Origin: an uncultured Candidatus Peribacteria bacterium
Lineage (GTDB): Bacteria; Patescibacteriota; Gracilibacteria; BD1-5; JAGOOR01
Assembly (NCBI GenBank): GCA_964632405.1
Contig: CAZWBM010000001.1
Span: forward strand, 40,850-104,849
Direction: 5' to 3'
Length of the DNA: 64,000 nt
Shown here: positions 1-11,495 of the stretch, piece after piece
How the letters are laid out: every line of letters starts with the position of its first letter
Position numbering within the stretch: the first letter of the stretch is position 1
The notes under the pieces: generated by a model
What the model was told of the DNA's origin: nothing
What the model saw: the letters and a program-made list of their open reading frames with translations, nothing else
The model's database searches: none
Program-made: the position numbers and the translations under genes

Positions 1-1012
1 CAGGACTGATGTGCATAATTCTCCTCTCGGCCAATTCAGCGCAAAAGACACTATCCCAAACGAAGAAGTCATCATCACTCTCTCAAAACAAGGGTATGTG
101 AAGCGTCTCAAGGCAGGCACCTATCGAACACAGAAACGAGGCGGAATGGGTGTCGCAACAGCAACAAAGGAAGAAGACGAGATCCAGATCCTACTCTCGA
201 GCAACAATCACGATGATCTCTGGTTTTTCACCTCATCCGGACGAGTATTCCAGCTCCCAACCTATGAAATCCCAGAATTCTCTCGTACAGCGAAGGGCTC
301 CCCTATCGTGAATTTCATATCACTCCAACCAACGGAATCTATTTCGACTATTCTCAATGCTAATGAAGCAACGAAGCCATTCCTCTTTTTCGCGACACAG
401 CAAGGGACCGTGAAGCGACTTGAGCGAGAAGAGATCAGCAATATCAGAACTTCAGGACTTATCGTCATAAAAGTTGAAGAAGGCGACCAACTCGGCTGGG
501 TACGTCCAACCAGTGGTTCAGATATGATGCTCCTTGTCTCAAACGAGGGACAAGCTATCCAATTCCCGGAAACCGATGTCCGAGCTATGGGTCGATCTGC
601 CATGGGTGTGCGATGAATCCGACTCAAAGGAAAAGACACTCTCGTCACCGCTTCAGTCGTTTCAAAAGAGATGAAATACGTCTTCACTGCTTCAGGCCGT
701 GGTCTCGGAAAACTCTCCGACATAGAGGATTATCGATCACAGGGGCGAGGTGGATCTGGAGTAAAAGTCAGTTCCGTAACACCGAAAACCGGTAAAATCA
801 TCGCCGCAACCATGCTCTCAGAAGATGATCGAAAGACCGCCGATTTCCTCCTCGTCACCAAATCAGGCCAAACAGTCCGTATGCCTCTCAAGGACGTCCG
901 TCTCACAGGCCGTGTCGCTCAAGGTGTCATCCTCACACGTCTCAAAGACGATGATGCCGTCACTTCTATGAGTATCGTGAGGGAGCGGGAGGATGACGAA
1001 GAAACGAAGTAA
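1..1012 (+). CDS. gyrA: DNA gyrase subunit A, C-terminal part (5' end outside window)
   Basis: Track ORFs 11-616 and 671-1012 share one frame. They join through TGA 614-616, which sits at the Gly of the GyrA C-terminal motif GVR-G-IRL. Repeated blade motifs (RGGxGV) are present. TAA stop at 1010-1012. Confidence 0.9.
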
Positions 1013-1075
1013 AAATTATTATTGACATAGATAAATTAAATATTATTATTTAGTTACTTTATAGTAATAAAAAAT

Positions 1076-1528
1076 ATGGGATTAATGACTCAAGAAGAAG
1101 TAGCTGCTTTGGATACAAAAATACAACAATTAGTCAGAACTCAACAAGGTCACACAAGAGACATGAGGGATGCACTGAGCCAATCAAGTGAAACTTGGCA
1201 TGATAATGCGCCCAGGGATGTCGTGTTAGATGCTGCAAAAGTATCTGCACAGAGCCTTCAAGCATTAACAAAAGAACGAACAGCTGCAATTATCGGAGCT
1301 CCAGAAGGAAATAATGATAGAGTCGGTTTATTTACGAAATTCGGATTAGAAAATTTAGAAAACAGCGAAGTCCAGCATTACCAGCTTACAGGATCTGGCA
1401 ATTTTCTCGAAATACCCGAAGGAGTTTCCTGTGATTCTCCTCTAGGGAGAGAAGTCTTTTGAAAAGAATTCTTTGATAGAGTTCATTTTAGTGGTACAGA
1501 TTACATGATTGTCCCTTGGGAAGAATAA
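1076..1528 (+). CDS. GreA/GreB-family transcription factor-like protein (divergent)
   Basis: ORF 1076-1462 continues through TGA 1460-1462 to TAA 1526-1528. The C-terminal segment SPLGREVF-G-KEFFDRV resembles the GreA SPxGxALxGK motif, and the N-terminal half looks like a coiled coil. Confidence 0.55.
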
Positions 1529-1529
1529 T

Positions 1530-2102
1530 ATGAATACATTCCCTCCTATCATTATCGAATGACCTGATGGGATAGGCAAGACAACTCTTGCCAATTGAAT
1601 AGCACGTAATTTAGGATGAAAATATTACAAAACACCTGGCTGTAGAAATCCGGAACAAAGGGCCCAATACGATAAAGCCAATATAAGTGTTACTGATAGA
1701 TTCCAATTTTATCTCACAGCATGCAGAGAAGATATCCAAATCATCCAGGACATGCAGTCAAAAGGTGATATGGTTGTGTGTGACAGACTTTTAGCCTCAA
1801 CTATAGCACATCATCAAGCCATGGATGAAACCATAGATATAACAGATGCTCTGGCAGCAAGTGAAAGTATAACGCCAAAAATACAAATTCTTTTGACCGC
1901 AAAACAAGAAGTTATACTTCAAAGACTATCTATGAGACCAACAAGAACCAGGTTTGAAACAGATAGAGATCTACTTCAACGTACACAAGAAAGATTTTTA
2001 GCTATAATGTCATACGATCTCATTATAGATAATACTACATTATCTATTGAGGAAACCCTATGAAGAGCAACGGATTTCTTAACACATCAATTAAAACCTT
2101 AA
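1530..2102 (+). CDS. P-loop nucleotide kinase, thymidylate-kinase-like
   Basis: ATG 1530 lies 1 nt after the upstream stop. The N-terminus IIIE-G-PDGIGKTTL is a Walker A loop whose first Gly is encoded by TGA. A DRLLASTIAHHQA segment resembles the Tmk DRYxxSxxAYQ motif. Joins track ORF 1752-2063 and ends at TAA 2100-2102. Confidence 0.6.
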
Positions 2103-2106
2103 ATAA

Positions 2107-2694
2107 TTGAATATGAAAAATGAATATGAAATTAAATTCACCTCTATCAACAGGGACATTGTGAAGAAAAAATTAAAAGAAATAGGATTTATATGCACGC
2201 AAGAAGAATTTTTATCAAGACGAAAAACCTTTCATCCCATGCATTCAGCACTGAACGAATGGTTCAGAGTAAGATCACAGCTGGGACGTGTAACCATGGC
2301 CTATAAATGTATTCACTCAAATCATGAAATATCAGGAACAGAGGAGATAGAAATATCGGTAAATGATTTTGAGGATGCAAGCAATATTTTGATCAAAACA
2401 TGACTAAAAAATACATCTTCTCAGGAAAATAAAAGAGAGATATGGAATAGAAAAGAAATAGAAATCTGTATAGATACCTGGCCTGGTCTGAATCCATATA
2501 TTGAAATTGAGTGACCTGATGAAAAGAGCGTAAGGGGAATAGTCGAAGAAATGCTGCTCGATTGGTCAACATGACTCTTTTGAGGGTCAGAAGTAGTCTA
2601 TGAAAGAGAATTAGGTATTTCACCAGAAGTATTTATAAAAATTCCCAACATATCTTTTGATAACCCTCCAAAAATATGAACTTTGGAAATATAA
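2107..2694 (+). CDS. CYTH-domain protein (class IV adenylate cyclase / triphosphate tunnel metalloenzyme family)
   Basis: N-terminal YEIKF (ExExK signature), with later EEIEISV and YIEIE-G-PDE acidic strands. ORF 2107-2403 extends through five in-frame TGA codons to TAA 2692-2694. Confidence 0.65.
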
Positions 2695-3596
2695 ATGAAG
2701 TTTGATCTGTAAGATTGAAAATATTTGAGCCCTGTAATTGGTCCTGTGAGTGGTGCCATAACGAGTGAGGCATAGCTGCACAAGCTATTCAATGGAGCAA
2801 AGAGACAGAGGATGTCCTCAATATTCTCAGAAAGGAATGTACTATAAATGAAGTCCATCTGACATGAGGGGAACCAACGCTCAACCCTCATCTAGCTGGA
2901 ATCATGCAATGATGCAAAAGTAATGGTTTTGTTACCAAATTGACCAGCAATGGACAATTTTCACCAAAAATACGAGATGATATAGTTGGAGCTGGTATTG
3001 ATGCGATGACAGTATCGCTTCATTCAGTTGTGCCGGAAGATTTAGTGCGAATGATGCGAAAACCGGTTGATACAGAATGGGCTAAGAGACAAATTGAAAC
3101 GTCCAAAACAAACATAATAACTCTTAACCAAAACTGAGTTAAAGTGCGCATTAATTCAGTTATATCTTGACCAGAAGATGTAGAAAGAGTACTGGAAGTT
3201 TTTCGCTTCGCCACAGAGCAAGGCGTAGAAATGAGGCTACTCGACGATTTAACCAGAAAGGAACAAGCCTGAAAGGCAATAGAATGAATGATAAAGGAGC
3301 ATAGGGCAGAACATATACGTACAGAACGTGAACCGGGGACATCAAGCTCAAGATCCTTATATAATTTTCCAAAAATATGACCATTGGTCATCAAGAGAAT
3401 TGAAAAAATATTCTTGCGAGAAGTGTGTGAGCAATGTGACCATTTTGGTAAGGATTCGTGTCAGGAGGGTTTTTATAATGTGCGCTTACAAAAAAAAGCG
3501 TGAGAATGGATGGTGTTATTATGTATTCAAAATAAAAATGGAGATACTGTGATGCCTTTACCAGAATTTTTAAGAAAATATGGCAAAAACTCCTAA
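2676..3596 (+). CDS. Radical SAM enzyme, MoaA-like (GTP 3',8-cyclase family fold)
   Basis: ATG 2676 overlaps the CYTH gene by 19 nt. Motifs seen: CNWSCEWC (CxxxCxxC), VHLT-G-GEPTL with TGA at 2865-2867, LTSNG, and a C-terminal Cys cluster CEQCDHFGKDSC...LLC like the MoaA auxiliary cluster. Several in-frame TGA codons. TAA stop at 3594-3596. Confidence 0.75.
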
Positions 3597-4249
3597 ATAT
3601 TTTAGGAAAGGACTGGAAAATCCTAATTGACAATTATTTTTATATAATATTATATAACTATAATTTGCTTGTTTGAGTACTTCTATACCTATATCTGTCA
3701 CTACTTGCACCAACGATCATGAGCTCGGAACAGATGGTCGTGGATGAGAAGCAGATATAACTATTGTATGATGTTCTTTGGCGACAGAATGATCTAATCT
3801 CGCATGTCAGCATTGTACAGAAAAATATTTTTCCATGTCTGCTGTAACTGAAGTCCGAAAAAGAATCTTAAATATACAGAATACCTGAAACATAAGACGT
3901 AGACTTATATTTAAATTGAAACTCTTGCGAGATATTGGTGAGTTGATGGACAGACTCCGGGCTTACTGAACAACTCACAATACCTTTTTTCTGAGGCAAA
4001 TAGACAAAAAGCATCCCAAAATTATTACTTTTTTACAGCTCCTCAAGTCATTTTGAAATCTAGACACTGATTTTATATGAGATTATGAACAATTATTGCA
4101 AGATACTATAGAATTCTTACAAAGCTCAGTAAAAATATTACAGCAAAGGAAAATTCCAAAGTGATTTCTAGTAGATTTCCTCGCTATAAAAACACGTCGC
4201 GATGTCATGTTGCGAGTATGGTTAGCAGAATTAGAAACAGCCGAACAAG

Positions 4250-4954
4250 CTACATAAGATTATCCCGATATATCCTCCTCTGATCATTATCGTGAAATTT
4301 GAGCATCGTATCAGAAATAACAACTCACCAGGGTCTTCAGAGTTTTTCATAGGTTCGAAGTGTACGAGGAAGCCACAGTTTTTTTATGAATTTTTCAAAG
4401 ACCGAAAGAGCTCCAAAAATAACTGCGAAATTCTGCAAATATAACTGTCCAGAGGAACTTGTAACGGTAGAAACTGGTTCAACTCAATTAGCCCGCATAA
4501 AACGCTTATAGGTAGTATTTTTATTCACGAGTGGAACCAAAGTTCGGATCCATTTATCCAGATACAGATCATTTTCGATACGGATAGGGTCGAGATTCAT
4601 CGCTTCCTCAGTGATAAAAAACGAAAGGCAAAATTTATCTTTCGTACGAAGAATATATTCCGGTGTTCATTTCAGAAGTCAGTGAGTATTTCTCCGACGT
4701 ACGCCAAATATCGAGGTAAGAGCAGTCACAATAAACCTCGCAGTCCAGAGGTTTCATTTTCGGGCGATGATAAAAAGATCTATGTCTGAATTCTTATCGT
4801 GCTCCCCCATGGCTCGAGAATTACAGAGAGAAACGAGCTGGATCTGAGGAAATAAAACCAAACTTTTTAAGATCACGGAATGTCTCCAGTCTCAAATATT
4901 TGAGTTAGAGGACATGTTGTCGAGAAGAAACAAAAGGTTCACTGGAAGAAGCAT
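4250..4954 (-). CDS. Nucleotidyltransferase (Pol-beta superfamily) domain protein
   Basis: Absent from the track because of in-frame TGA codons. Hand translation gives NSRAMGEHDKNSDIDLFIIA, matching the GSxxxGxxxxxSDIDL motif. TAG stop at 4252-4250. Start is ATG 4954, with ATG 4915 as an alternative. Confidence 0.6.
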
Positions 4955-5129
4955 AGGGAACTGAACCAGTAATTGCCTGGGTAGTCCATTCTCGCATACG
5001 TGTTTGAAGTGTTAGCAAAGCTTCATCAGAAATATACGTGCTTCGATCTAATGGAAGACTGGGCCTTGAAAGAGACGAAAAATGACCTTCTCCACTTTCT
5101 ATATAGGGAACTGGCATTGAATATGGCAT
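4905..5129 (-). CDS. Hypothetical small protein (74 aa)
   Basis: Track ORF with ATG start and TAA stop, located between miaB and the nucleotidyltransferase gene. I recognise no motif. Confidence 0.25.
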   Translation of the reverse strand: MPYSMPVPYIESGEGHFSSLSRPSLPLDRSTYISDEALLTLQTRMREWTTQAITGSVPYASSSEPFVSSRQHVL

Positions 5130-5162
5130 AGAAATATTTTACTCATGCTCTCAATAAGTCAA

Positions 5163-6686
5163 TTACAGGCACTCTCCTCGTAAAACCCACCGATCGAGTT
5201 CCATTATCTTCACTGGAAGAAGGTCTCCGAGTTTAATTTTCTCATTTTTTGGAAGGAATACTTCACGAAAATTTCTGGTGCGGCCAGAAATTGTACCATC
5301 TTCTTCATCAATCTGGGAGACAAGAATAACTTCTTCGCGACCGATCATGAGTTGATTCCTCTCTTGGATGATTTCATACATGAGTGTGTTTAAACGGTCC
5401 CAGCGGTCTGCTTTGACCTCGGCAGATACTTGGTGTGGCATCCTGGACGCATAGGTCTCACGACGGGGCGAATAACGGGCAATATAGGCATAATCGAACT
5501 GGCATTCTCGGAAGGCCTTCATGGTATTCTCAAATTGCTCCTCAGTCTCTCCAGGAAATCCGACAATGACATCCGTCGAAATCCCAAAAAGAGGATCACG
5601 GCTTCGCAGATAGTCGACCATAGATCTGAAATCATCGTAGGAGTGTTTTCGGTTCATTTTTTTAAGTATGTCATTATCACCGGATTGCAGGGCAAAGTGG
5701 AGATAATGGCAACATCTCTCGAGGTCGAAATGTGCATCCAAGATGTCTCGTGTCATATCATGCGGATTCGATGAGGTGAAACGAATCCTGTCGAGCCCCG
5801 GAATATCATTCAATTTTTCCAAAAGTTCACGAAATGGAGTTCTCACTGTTGAAGCGGACCACGTTAATTCTTCGGAATTCCACAAAGTTTTTCGTGTTTC
5901 CTTGCCATAGCTATTTACGTTCTGGCCGAGCAAAGTAATTTCTTTTGCCCCTCCATGTTCGACAACTTCGACACACTCCTGGACAATCTCCTCTTGAGGT
6001 CGTGAAATCTCATGTCCACGGGTGTAGGGAACGATGCAAAATGTACAGTAATTATCACATCCCGTCTGAACAATGACATTTGCACTTCCTGAAACATCGC
6101 GTTCCTGTTTGACACGTAGATAGGATTGAAAATTATCATCCTGACCAATATCTTCGCTGTACATAATCGACAAAAGCGTTGTCAGTGAACCAATTTCCTC
6201 AATACGTACAACAAAATCGATAGTATCAACACGATTGAAGAGGTCATCGTCAGAGTTATACAGTGTCGGAATATCAAGTTTTTCTCCTGTCTGCGTCAGT
6301 GCTATTTTTGTCGTATTCTCGCGTCCTTTATAGTCATAGTATTTCTTATTCAGTCCGGTTTTTCGGGTCATACATCAGGTCAAACCCACTTTGATATCTC
6401 GCCCTGTCTTGTGGCGAAGTTTGTCTATTTCTTCCACATAGCCAAACACCTTATCTTCTCACTTCTGACGCACGGAACAGGTATTAAAGATGACGATATC
6501 CGCCTCCTCCCAAGTGTCTACTTTCGCCAGTCCAGCCTGCGCGAGGAGCATATGGATTTTTTCACTATCCGCATGGTTCATCTGACAGCCAAAAGTTTGG
6601 ATACAGAATTTTTTCTGTGCAGGTGTCCCCTTCTGCAGGGCATGACGCAGGGCGGCTACTTTTTGTGTGTCGATCGTGAGTGTCAT
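5163..6686 (-). CDS. miaB: tRNA-2-methylthio-N6-dimethylallyladenosine synthase (methylthiotransferase)
   Basis: ORFs 5163-6371 and 6459-6686 share a frame and join through two TGA codons (SVRQK-G-EDKVFG and GLT-G-CM). N-terminal FGCQMN and NTCSVR motifs, radical [11 protein letters not shown], and a C-terminal TRAM-like end. Confidence 0.9.
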
Positions 6687-7477
6687 GTAGGAGATCCGAG
6701 GACGTTAAAGAGGAACATGGCGATGAAAAGCAGTGAAGGCAGGAAGATAAAATACATTCCTGAAAGTGCAAACGCGGCGAGCAGAAGAAGCACTGGAAAG
6801 AAAACGTGCAGGACGAATACGAGAGACTGCTCATAGGTCAGACGCGGAAGCGAGGAGATCTTGCTGACGAGAAATACCACAAGCGACCAAAAAAGACTCA
6901 TAATGAAGAAAAATACTGTTAGCGCGAGTCCTGCTATCAAGAAGATCGGTATAAAGAAAGGCATAATGTTTTTCCGTACTTCCGGATAGGTAGTAAGAAA
7001 TTTTTCATTCATAAAAGCATTGTTGATTGTTTTCGTACCGATTTCCATATCGGCATATTTCACTTTTGTCATTTTTTGAGATGCGTTCTGCAGTTGGTTG
7101 ACGATAAAACCATCACGCAGGATGTAAAAACCAGAGATATTCTCATACTCTGAGGGAATATCTGAAATTTTCGTAGACACAAAAACATGCGCATCATCGA
7201 GAGAATATATGTAAGGATCTGTGGGAAATGCAGTTTTAACAAGGACATTATTCTGGAATTGGAGTTCAAAAACTGGTATTTTTGACAGCCAAGGGGAAAC
7301 TCGGTTGACAGAAGAAAAGTGCCAAATTGCACAGAGAGTACCGAGGGTTCCGAGCACAATAATGATACACCAAGAGAGTAAATAATACAGGACGCTCTGT
7401 CCTACCGTGGTGTTCTTATACCGATGAAGAAAAGACGGTGTAAAAGAGGCAGCGAAACGAGAGAAAAAAGAGGCCAT
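6656..7477 (-). CDS. DUF1189-like polytopic membrane protein
   Basis: Track ORF 6683-7477. Its apparent TGA stop is a sense codon here, so the frame runs 9 more codons to TAG 6658-6656, inside the miaB 5' end. Several hydrophobic helices. Confidence 0.6.
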
Positions 7478-7488
7478 AAAGAAAAAAA

Positions 7489-8394
7489 TTAATGTTTCTC
7501 AGTGCGAGCCACAAATATCATAACGATAACCAGAAATATACCACCAACTATCTGGAACAAATCAGGAGTTTTATGCTGGATAAATATATCGATGATAAAT
7601 CCAGTGATAGGAAACGCGAGCTCAAAAATACTGGCACTTGTCGCATGGGTATGCTTGATACCACGATAGTACATCGTCGTCCCGAGAACTCCAGAAAGGA
7701 TTGATACACCTGTAACAAGAAGAATAAATTGAGTCGGATCAGCCGGGACAGACAGGGATTCGCTTCAGCCGATGAGAGTAGCGATACCGAGAGCAATAAC
7801 TCCGAGGAGAGCCACGAGCCCCAAACGGTACGCTGTGATCGTACGGGCCTTGTATCATTGACGTGAGAGGTAGCGTGAGAAGACCGTCGCAGAACCCCAA
7901 CAGAGAGCCGCTACGAGGCCTGCAATCGTTGCCCGTAGCACATCATCACCAAAAGACATATCAAGGCCAGATTGACCGAAACTGAGAAAATAACTCGCCA
8001 CGAGTGCGACAAGAGCCAATGGATAAAAGCTTATTTTTGGTCGCTCTCAGAGAAATATCAGTGCTGCTGTTATAGCAAAGAGTGGTTGGAGCTTGAGAAG
8101 CAAAAACATGACACCAAACGAAGTGTAGCTCACATGTGCCATCGCCCACGTAAAAGAATACGTCCCGATAAGACCCGAGAAAAGTGCCACTCCGATCAGG
8201 GCAAGCCATGCTTTGGTTTTCAGTTTCGGAAAACGGAAGTGCTTCATGCCCACAACAGCGAGGACGATAAATCCGATCGCATGTTCGACAGTGACAATAG
8301 TGAGTGGCGAAACGCCAGTAATTTTCGAACGAAGAAGACCATCAAGTCCCCACGCTACACCGGCAAAAATAATCCAGAGGAAAGAGAGGTTCAT
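7489..8394 (-). CDS. EamA/DMT-family transporter
   Basis: ORFs 7489-7674 and 8047-8394 share a frame and join across three TGA codons. About 10 hydrophobic segments with a duplicated EamA-like organisation. TAA stop. Confidence 0.8.
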
Positions 8395-8410
8395 GACAAA
8401 AAATTAAAAA

Positions 8411-10801
8411 CTATTTTCGCTCCACTGTCATATAAAATTCGAGCTTATCTTCTGGCACAATGCGGACTTCACCTTTGTATTGGATACCACACTCCTTCCC
8501 CTCCTCGACTTGATTGACTTCGTAGACACCTTCCTTGAGGGTTTCAACCTTGCCAGATCCAGCAACACGCTCATTGCGAATGATCTTGAGCTGGGCACCT
8601 TTCTGGATATTGCCAGAGACGACCGAGAGACCGACGATCTGCATCTTCTCACCCGTATAGAAAATCTTCAGTGCTTTTCCTTCCCCAACGAGTACTTGAT
8701 CGTATTTGATATCGATCATACCGGTCGCGATACTTTCGACTTTTTCGATGATACGATAGATGACTTTGTCAGCGATGACTTCGATTTTTGACTTTGAAAG
8801 CGTGTCAGTGGCATTTGATCCCATCGGCACATTGAAGGCTACCAGAAGGGCTGCACTCGTACCAGCCATGAGGACATCTGACTCATTCACAGCACCGATA
8901 CCGGCGTGTATGATCTTCACAGCAACATCTTTTGCAGTAATCTTCTGAAGAGAAGCTTTGAGGGCTTCGAGAGAACCATTGGAGTCTGCTTTGAGAACGA
9001 CCTTGAGATGCTGAAGAGTACCGGTCTTGAGGCGACCCATCAGGCTCATAAGCGATGCTTGTTCAAATTTATTCACACTCTTACTGCTCGCAGCGAGCTT
9101 GAATGCCTGAGATTTTTCACGAGCGGCTTCGAGCGTCGGAAATACTTGAATAATTTGTCCCCCCTCAGGCACTTCATCAAGACCAGTAATTTGGACTGGC
9201 ATACTCGAAGTAGCTTCAGAGATATTTTTCCCAAATGAATCCTTCATAGTACGAATTTTTCCGCACGCAATGCCACAGAAAACAGCATCTCCTCGATGAA
9301 AAATACCAGCATTGACGAGTACAGTTGCGATGACTCATTGACCAGGATCCAAGTGTGATTCGATGACAGTACCGACACCAGGTCGAGTCGGATGCGATTT
9401 GAGTTGTTTCAGGTCAGCGACCAAGAGAACCATATCAAGAAGCGTGTCTATGCCAACACCAGTTTTCGCAGAACAAGGAACGCAGATAGTTTCACCACCC
9501 CAATCCTCTGGAACGAGTTCATGCTCTGAGAGAGCACGTTTTACCATCTCGGGGTCAGCGCCTGGCTTATCTATTTTATTGATGGCAACAACTACTGGAA
9601 CACCAGCTTCTTTTGCGAGATTGATAGACTCTATTGTTTGAGGCTTGAGACCTTCATCAGCAGCCACGACGAGGATGATGATATCTGTGAGTTTCGCACC
9701 TCGGCTACGCATCAGTGCAAATGCTTCATGACCAGGCGTATCGAGGAATGTAATAGGACGACCATTTTTGGTAACTTGATATGCACCAATTGTTTGCGTA
9801 ATACCCCCTGCTTCGCTCGCAGCAACGTCCGTCTTGCGGATAGAGTCGAGAATAGATGTCTTACCATGATCCACATGCCCCATGACAGAGATAATTGGCG
9901 GTCGTGGAACTTGTTCTCCTGGATCATCACTCGCTAACAAGGCGTCGATGTTACCATCCATGAGATCAGTAATGCTCGAATCAGTGGTATGAATTTTCTT
10001 TACCTTGATATTGAAACCTTCCGCTATGAGGAAACAAGTATCGAAATCAATTTGGGAATTGATATTGACCATGATACCATTTTTCATGAGCTCACCGATG
10101 ATACGAGCGAGTGGTATACCGATCTTATCTGAGAATTCCTTCACTGTCAGGAAATCTCCGATCTCCACTTCCTGACCTGATCGGTCAACAAGTGTCTGAC
10201 GGATATCATCGATGTTTTTCTCTTGTTTTTCACCAGCGATACTTTTAGTTCGTCGAAATGTATCGAGATCTTCTTTTTCTCGGGAGATAAAGGCGAGCTT
10301 GTGTTTTGCTCCACGTTTTGTCGTTTTGAAATTTTTCTTTGGAGCATCAGGTTTACGAAAATTCCCTTTCGACTGTGCACCAGGACGATTCGAAGATGAT
10401 TGTCCTGGACGCTGAAATTGGCCTGCTGGTCTATTACCAAGAGGGCGATTAAAAGAGGGGCGACTCGGACCTGATGACGACGGACGTTGTTGTCCAGGAA
10501 GGGCCGAACGACTCGGATGAGTATGAAAAACAACCGATGATCGGCTCACAAATTTATTTCCGAGATCGAGTTTTCCTCCCTCAGGCTTTGACGTACGGTC
10601 ATGAGATGGTTCATCATTTCCGAGGACGGCTTGAGATGGAGAATACTCTCCTTCAGAGGGGATTTCCTTTTCTGGAAGAGGATGAGGAGCTATTTTTTTT
10701 GCAACAATCTTTATCTTCTTTTTCTCCGCACCAGTACCTGATTGGGTCGTGCTGGGTCCAATTTTTGCATAGTAATCATCTCCGGAAATGGGTTGAGACA
10801 T
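8411..10801 (-). CDS. infB: Translation initiation factor IF-2
   Basis: ORFs 8411-9247 and 9335-10801 share a frame and join at LDPGQ-G-VIATVLV. G domain motifs GHVDHGKT, DTPGH and NKID. Low-complexity N-terminus. TAG stop. Confidence 0.93.
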
Positions 10802-10826
10802 AAAAAAACCCTATAAAATTATAGGG
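10802..10826 (-). terminator. Intrinsic terminator after the 10872-11495 gene
   Basis: On the minus strand, hairpin CCCTATAA/TTATAGGG (10826-10809) is followed by T7 (10808-10802). Confidence 0.6.
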
Positions 10827-10871
10827 CATAGAGTATAAAAATTATTACAAAAGTCAAAGTGTTTTCCCCGA

Positions 10872-11495
10872 TTATATGGGCAATTTCATATTCCCCTCTT
10901 CTGTTTCTCCAAGGATTTTTTTGTAGTGTTCATGATCCTCATTTTCGATACCCTGAACAAAGACATGTTTGTATCCTTCTTTTTCCTCCGTTCGTCGCAC
11001 GACCACGCCACCGACACAGAGGAATATGCCACCGAGGAGGGTCAAAACAAGACCAGAAATATTTGTCGTCATATGGATATCCCCATTGATCGTCCGAGCC
11101 GCTCCGAGAAGGGAAATACTCACAATAACAGTCATGAGGATAATGATAGTTCCTATGCGTACGTAGAGAAATTTTGGATCCAGATTGATATACCAATTTT
11201 TCTGAACTTTCTGGCTAAAATCGTAGGAGAAAAAATGTATGCAGAGAACTATCATGAGTATGCTAATCCACCATCCGAGTCCACCACAAAGGAGTGAAAA
11301 AGCGCCCAAATAGGTCGTATCCCCTATCTGTATCCATGGGAAAAAAAGGCCCGCAAAGACCGAAACCATACCAACTAAAACAATTTTCATGCCCCATGAA
11401 GATTTCGAAAAAAAGAACCAAATGTTCTCAAGTATACGAACAGGCAGGAAATGATGGATGCCACGACGAGTACGGAAAGGAGTATAGGCCGACAT
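10872..11495 (-). CDS. Hypothetical integral membrane protein
   Basis: Intact 207-aa ORF with ATG start and TAA stop and 5-6 hydrophobic helices. No recognisable motif. Confidence 0.6.
   Translation of the reverse strand: MSAYTPFRTRRGIHHFLPVRILENIWFFFSKSSWGMKIVLVGMVSVFAGLFFPWIQIGDTTYLGAFSLLCGGLGWWISILMIVLCIHFFSYDFSQKVQKNWYINLDPKFLYVRIGTIIILMTVIVSISLLGAARTINGDIHMTTNISGLVLTLLGGIFLCVGGVVVRRTEEKEGYKHVFVQGIENEDHEHYKKILGETEEGNMKLPI

Noticed and set aside
3601-3626. Hairpins TCCTAAA/TTTAGGA/TCCTAA at the end of the radical SAM gene, considered as a terminator or a third copy of the structured repeat
   Set aside because: There is no T-run, so it is not a canonical terminator. It shares only the 7-nt TTTAGGA core with the 23911 and 38862 elements, which is too short to call homology.
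3655-4249. Short code-25 ORFs in the non-coding gap, for example a roughly 64-codon minus-strand frame and a roughly 95-codon plus-strand frame that overlaps the nucleotidyltransferase gene
   Set aside because: They are Cys/Ser/Arg-rich low-complexity translations with no start context or motif, and one is antisense to a supported gene.
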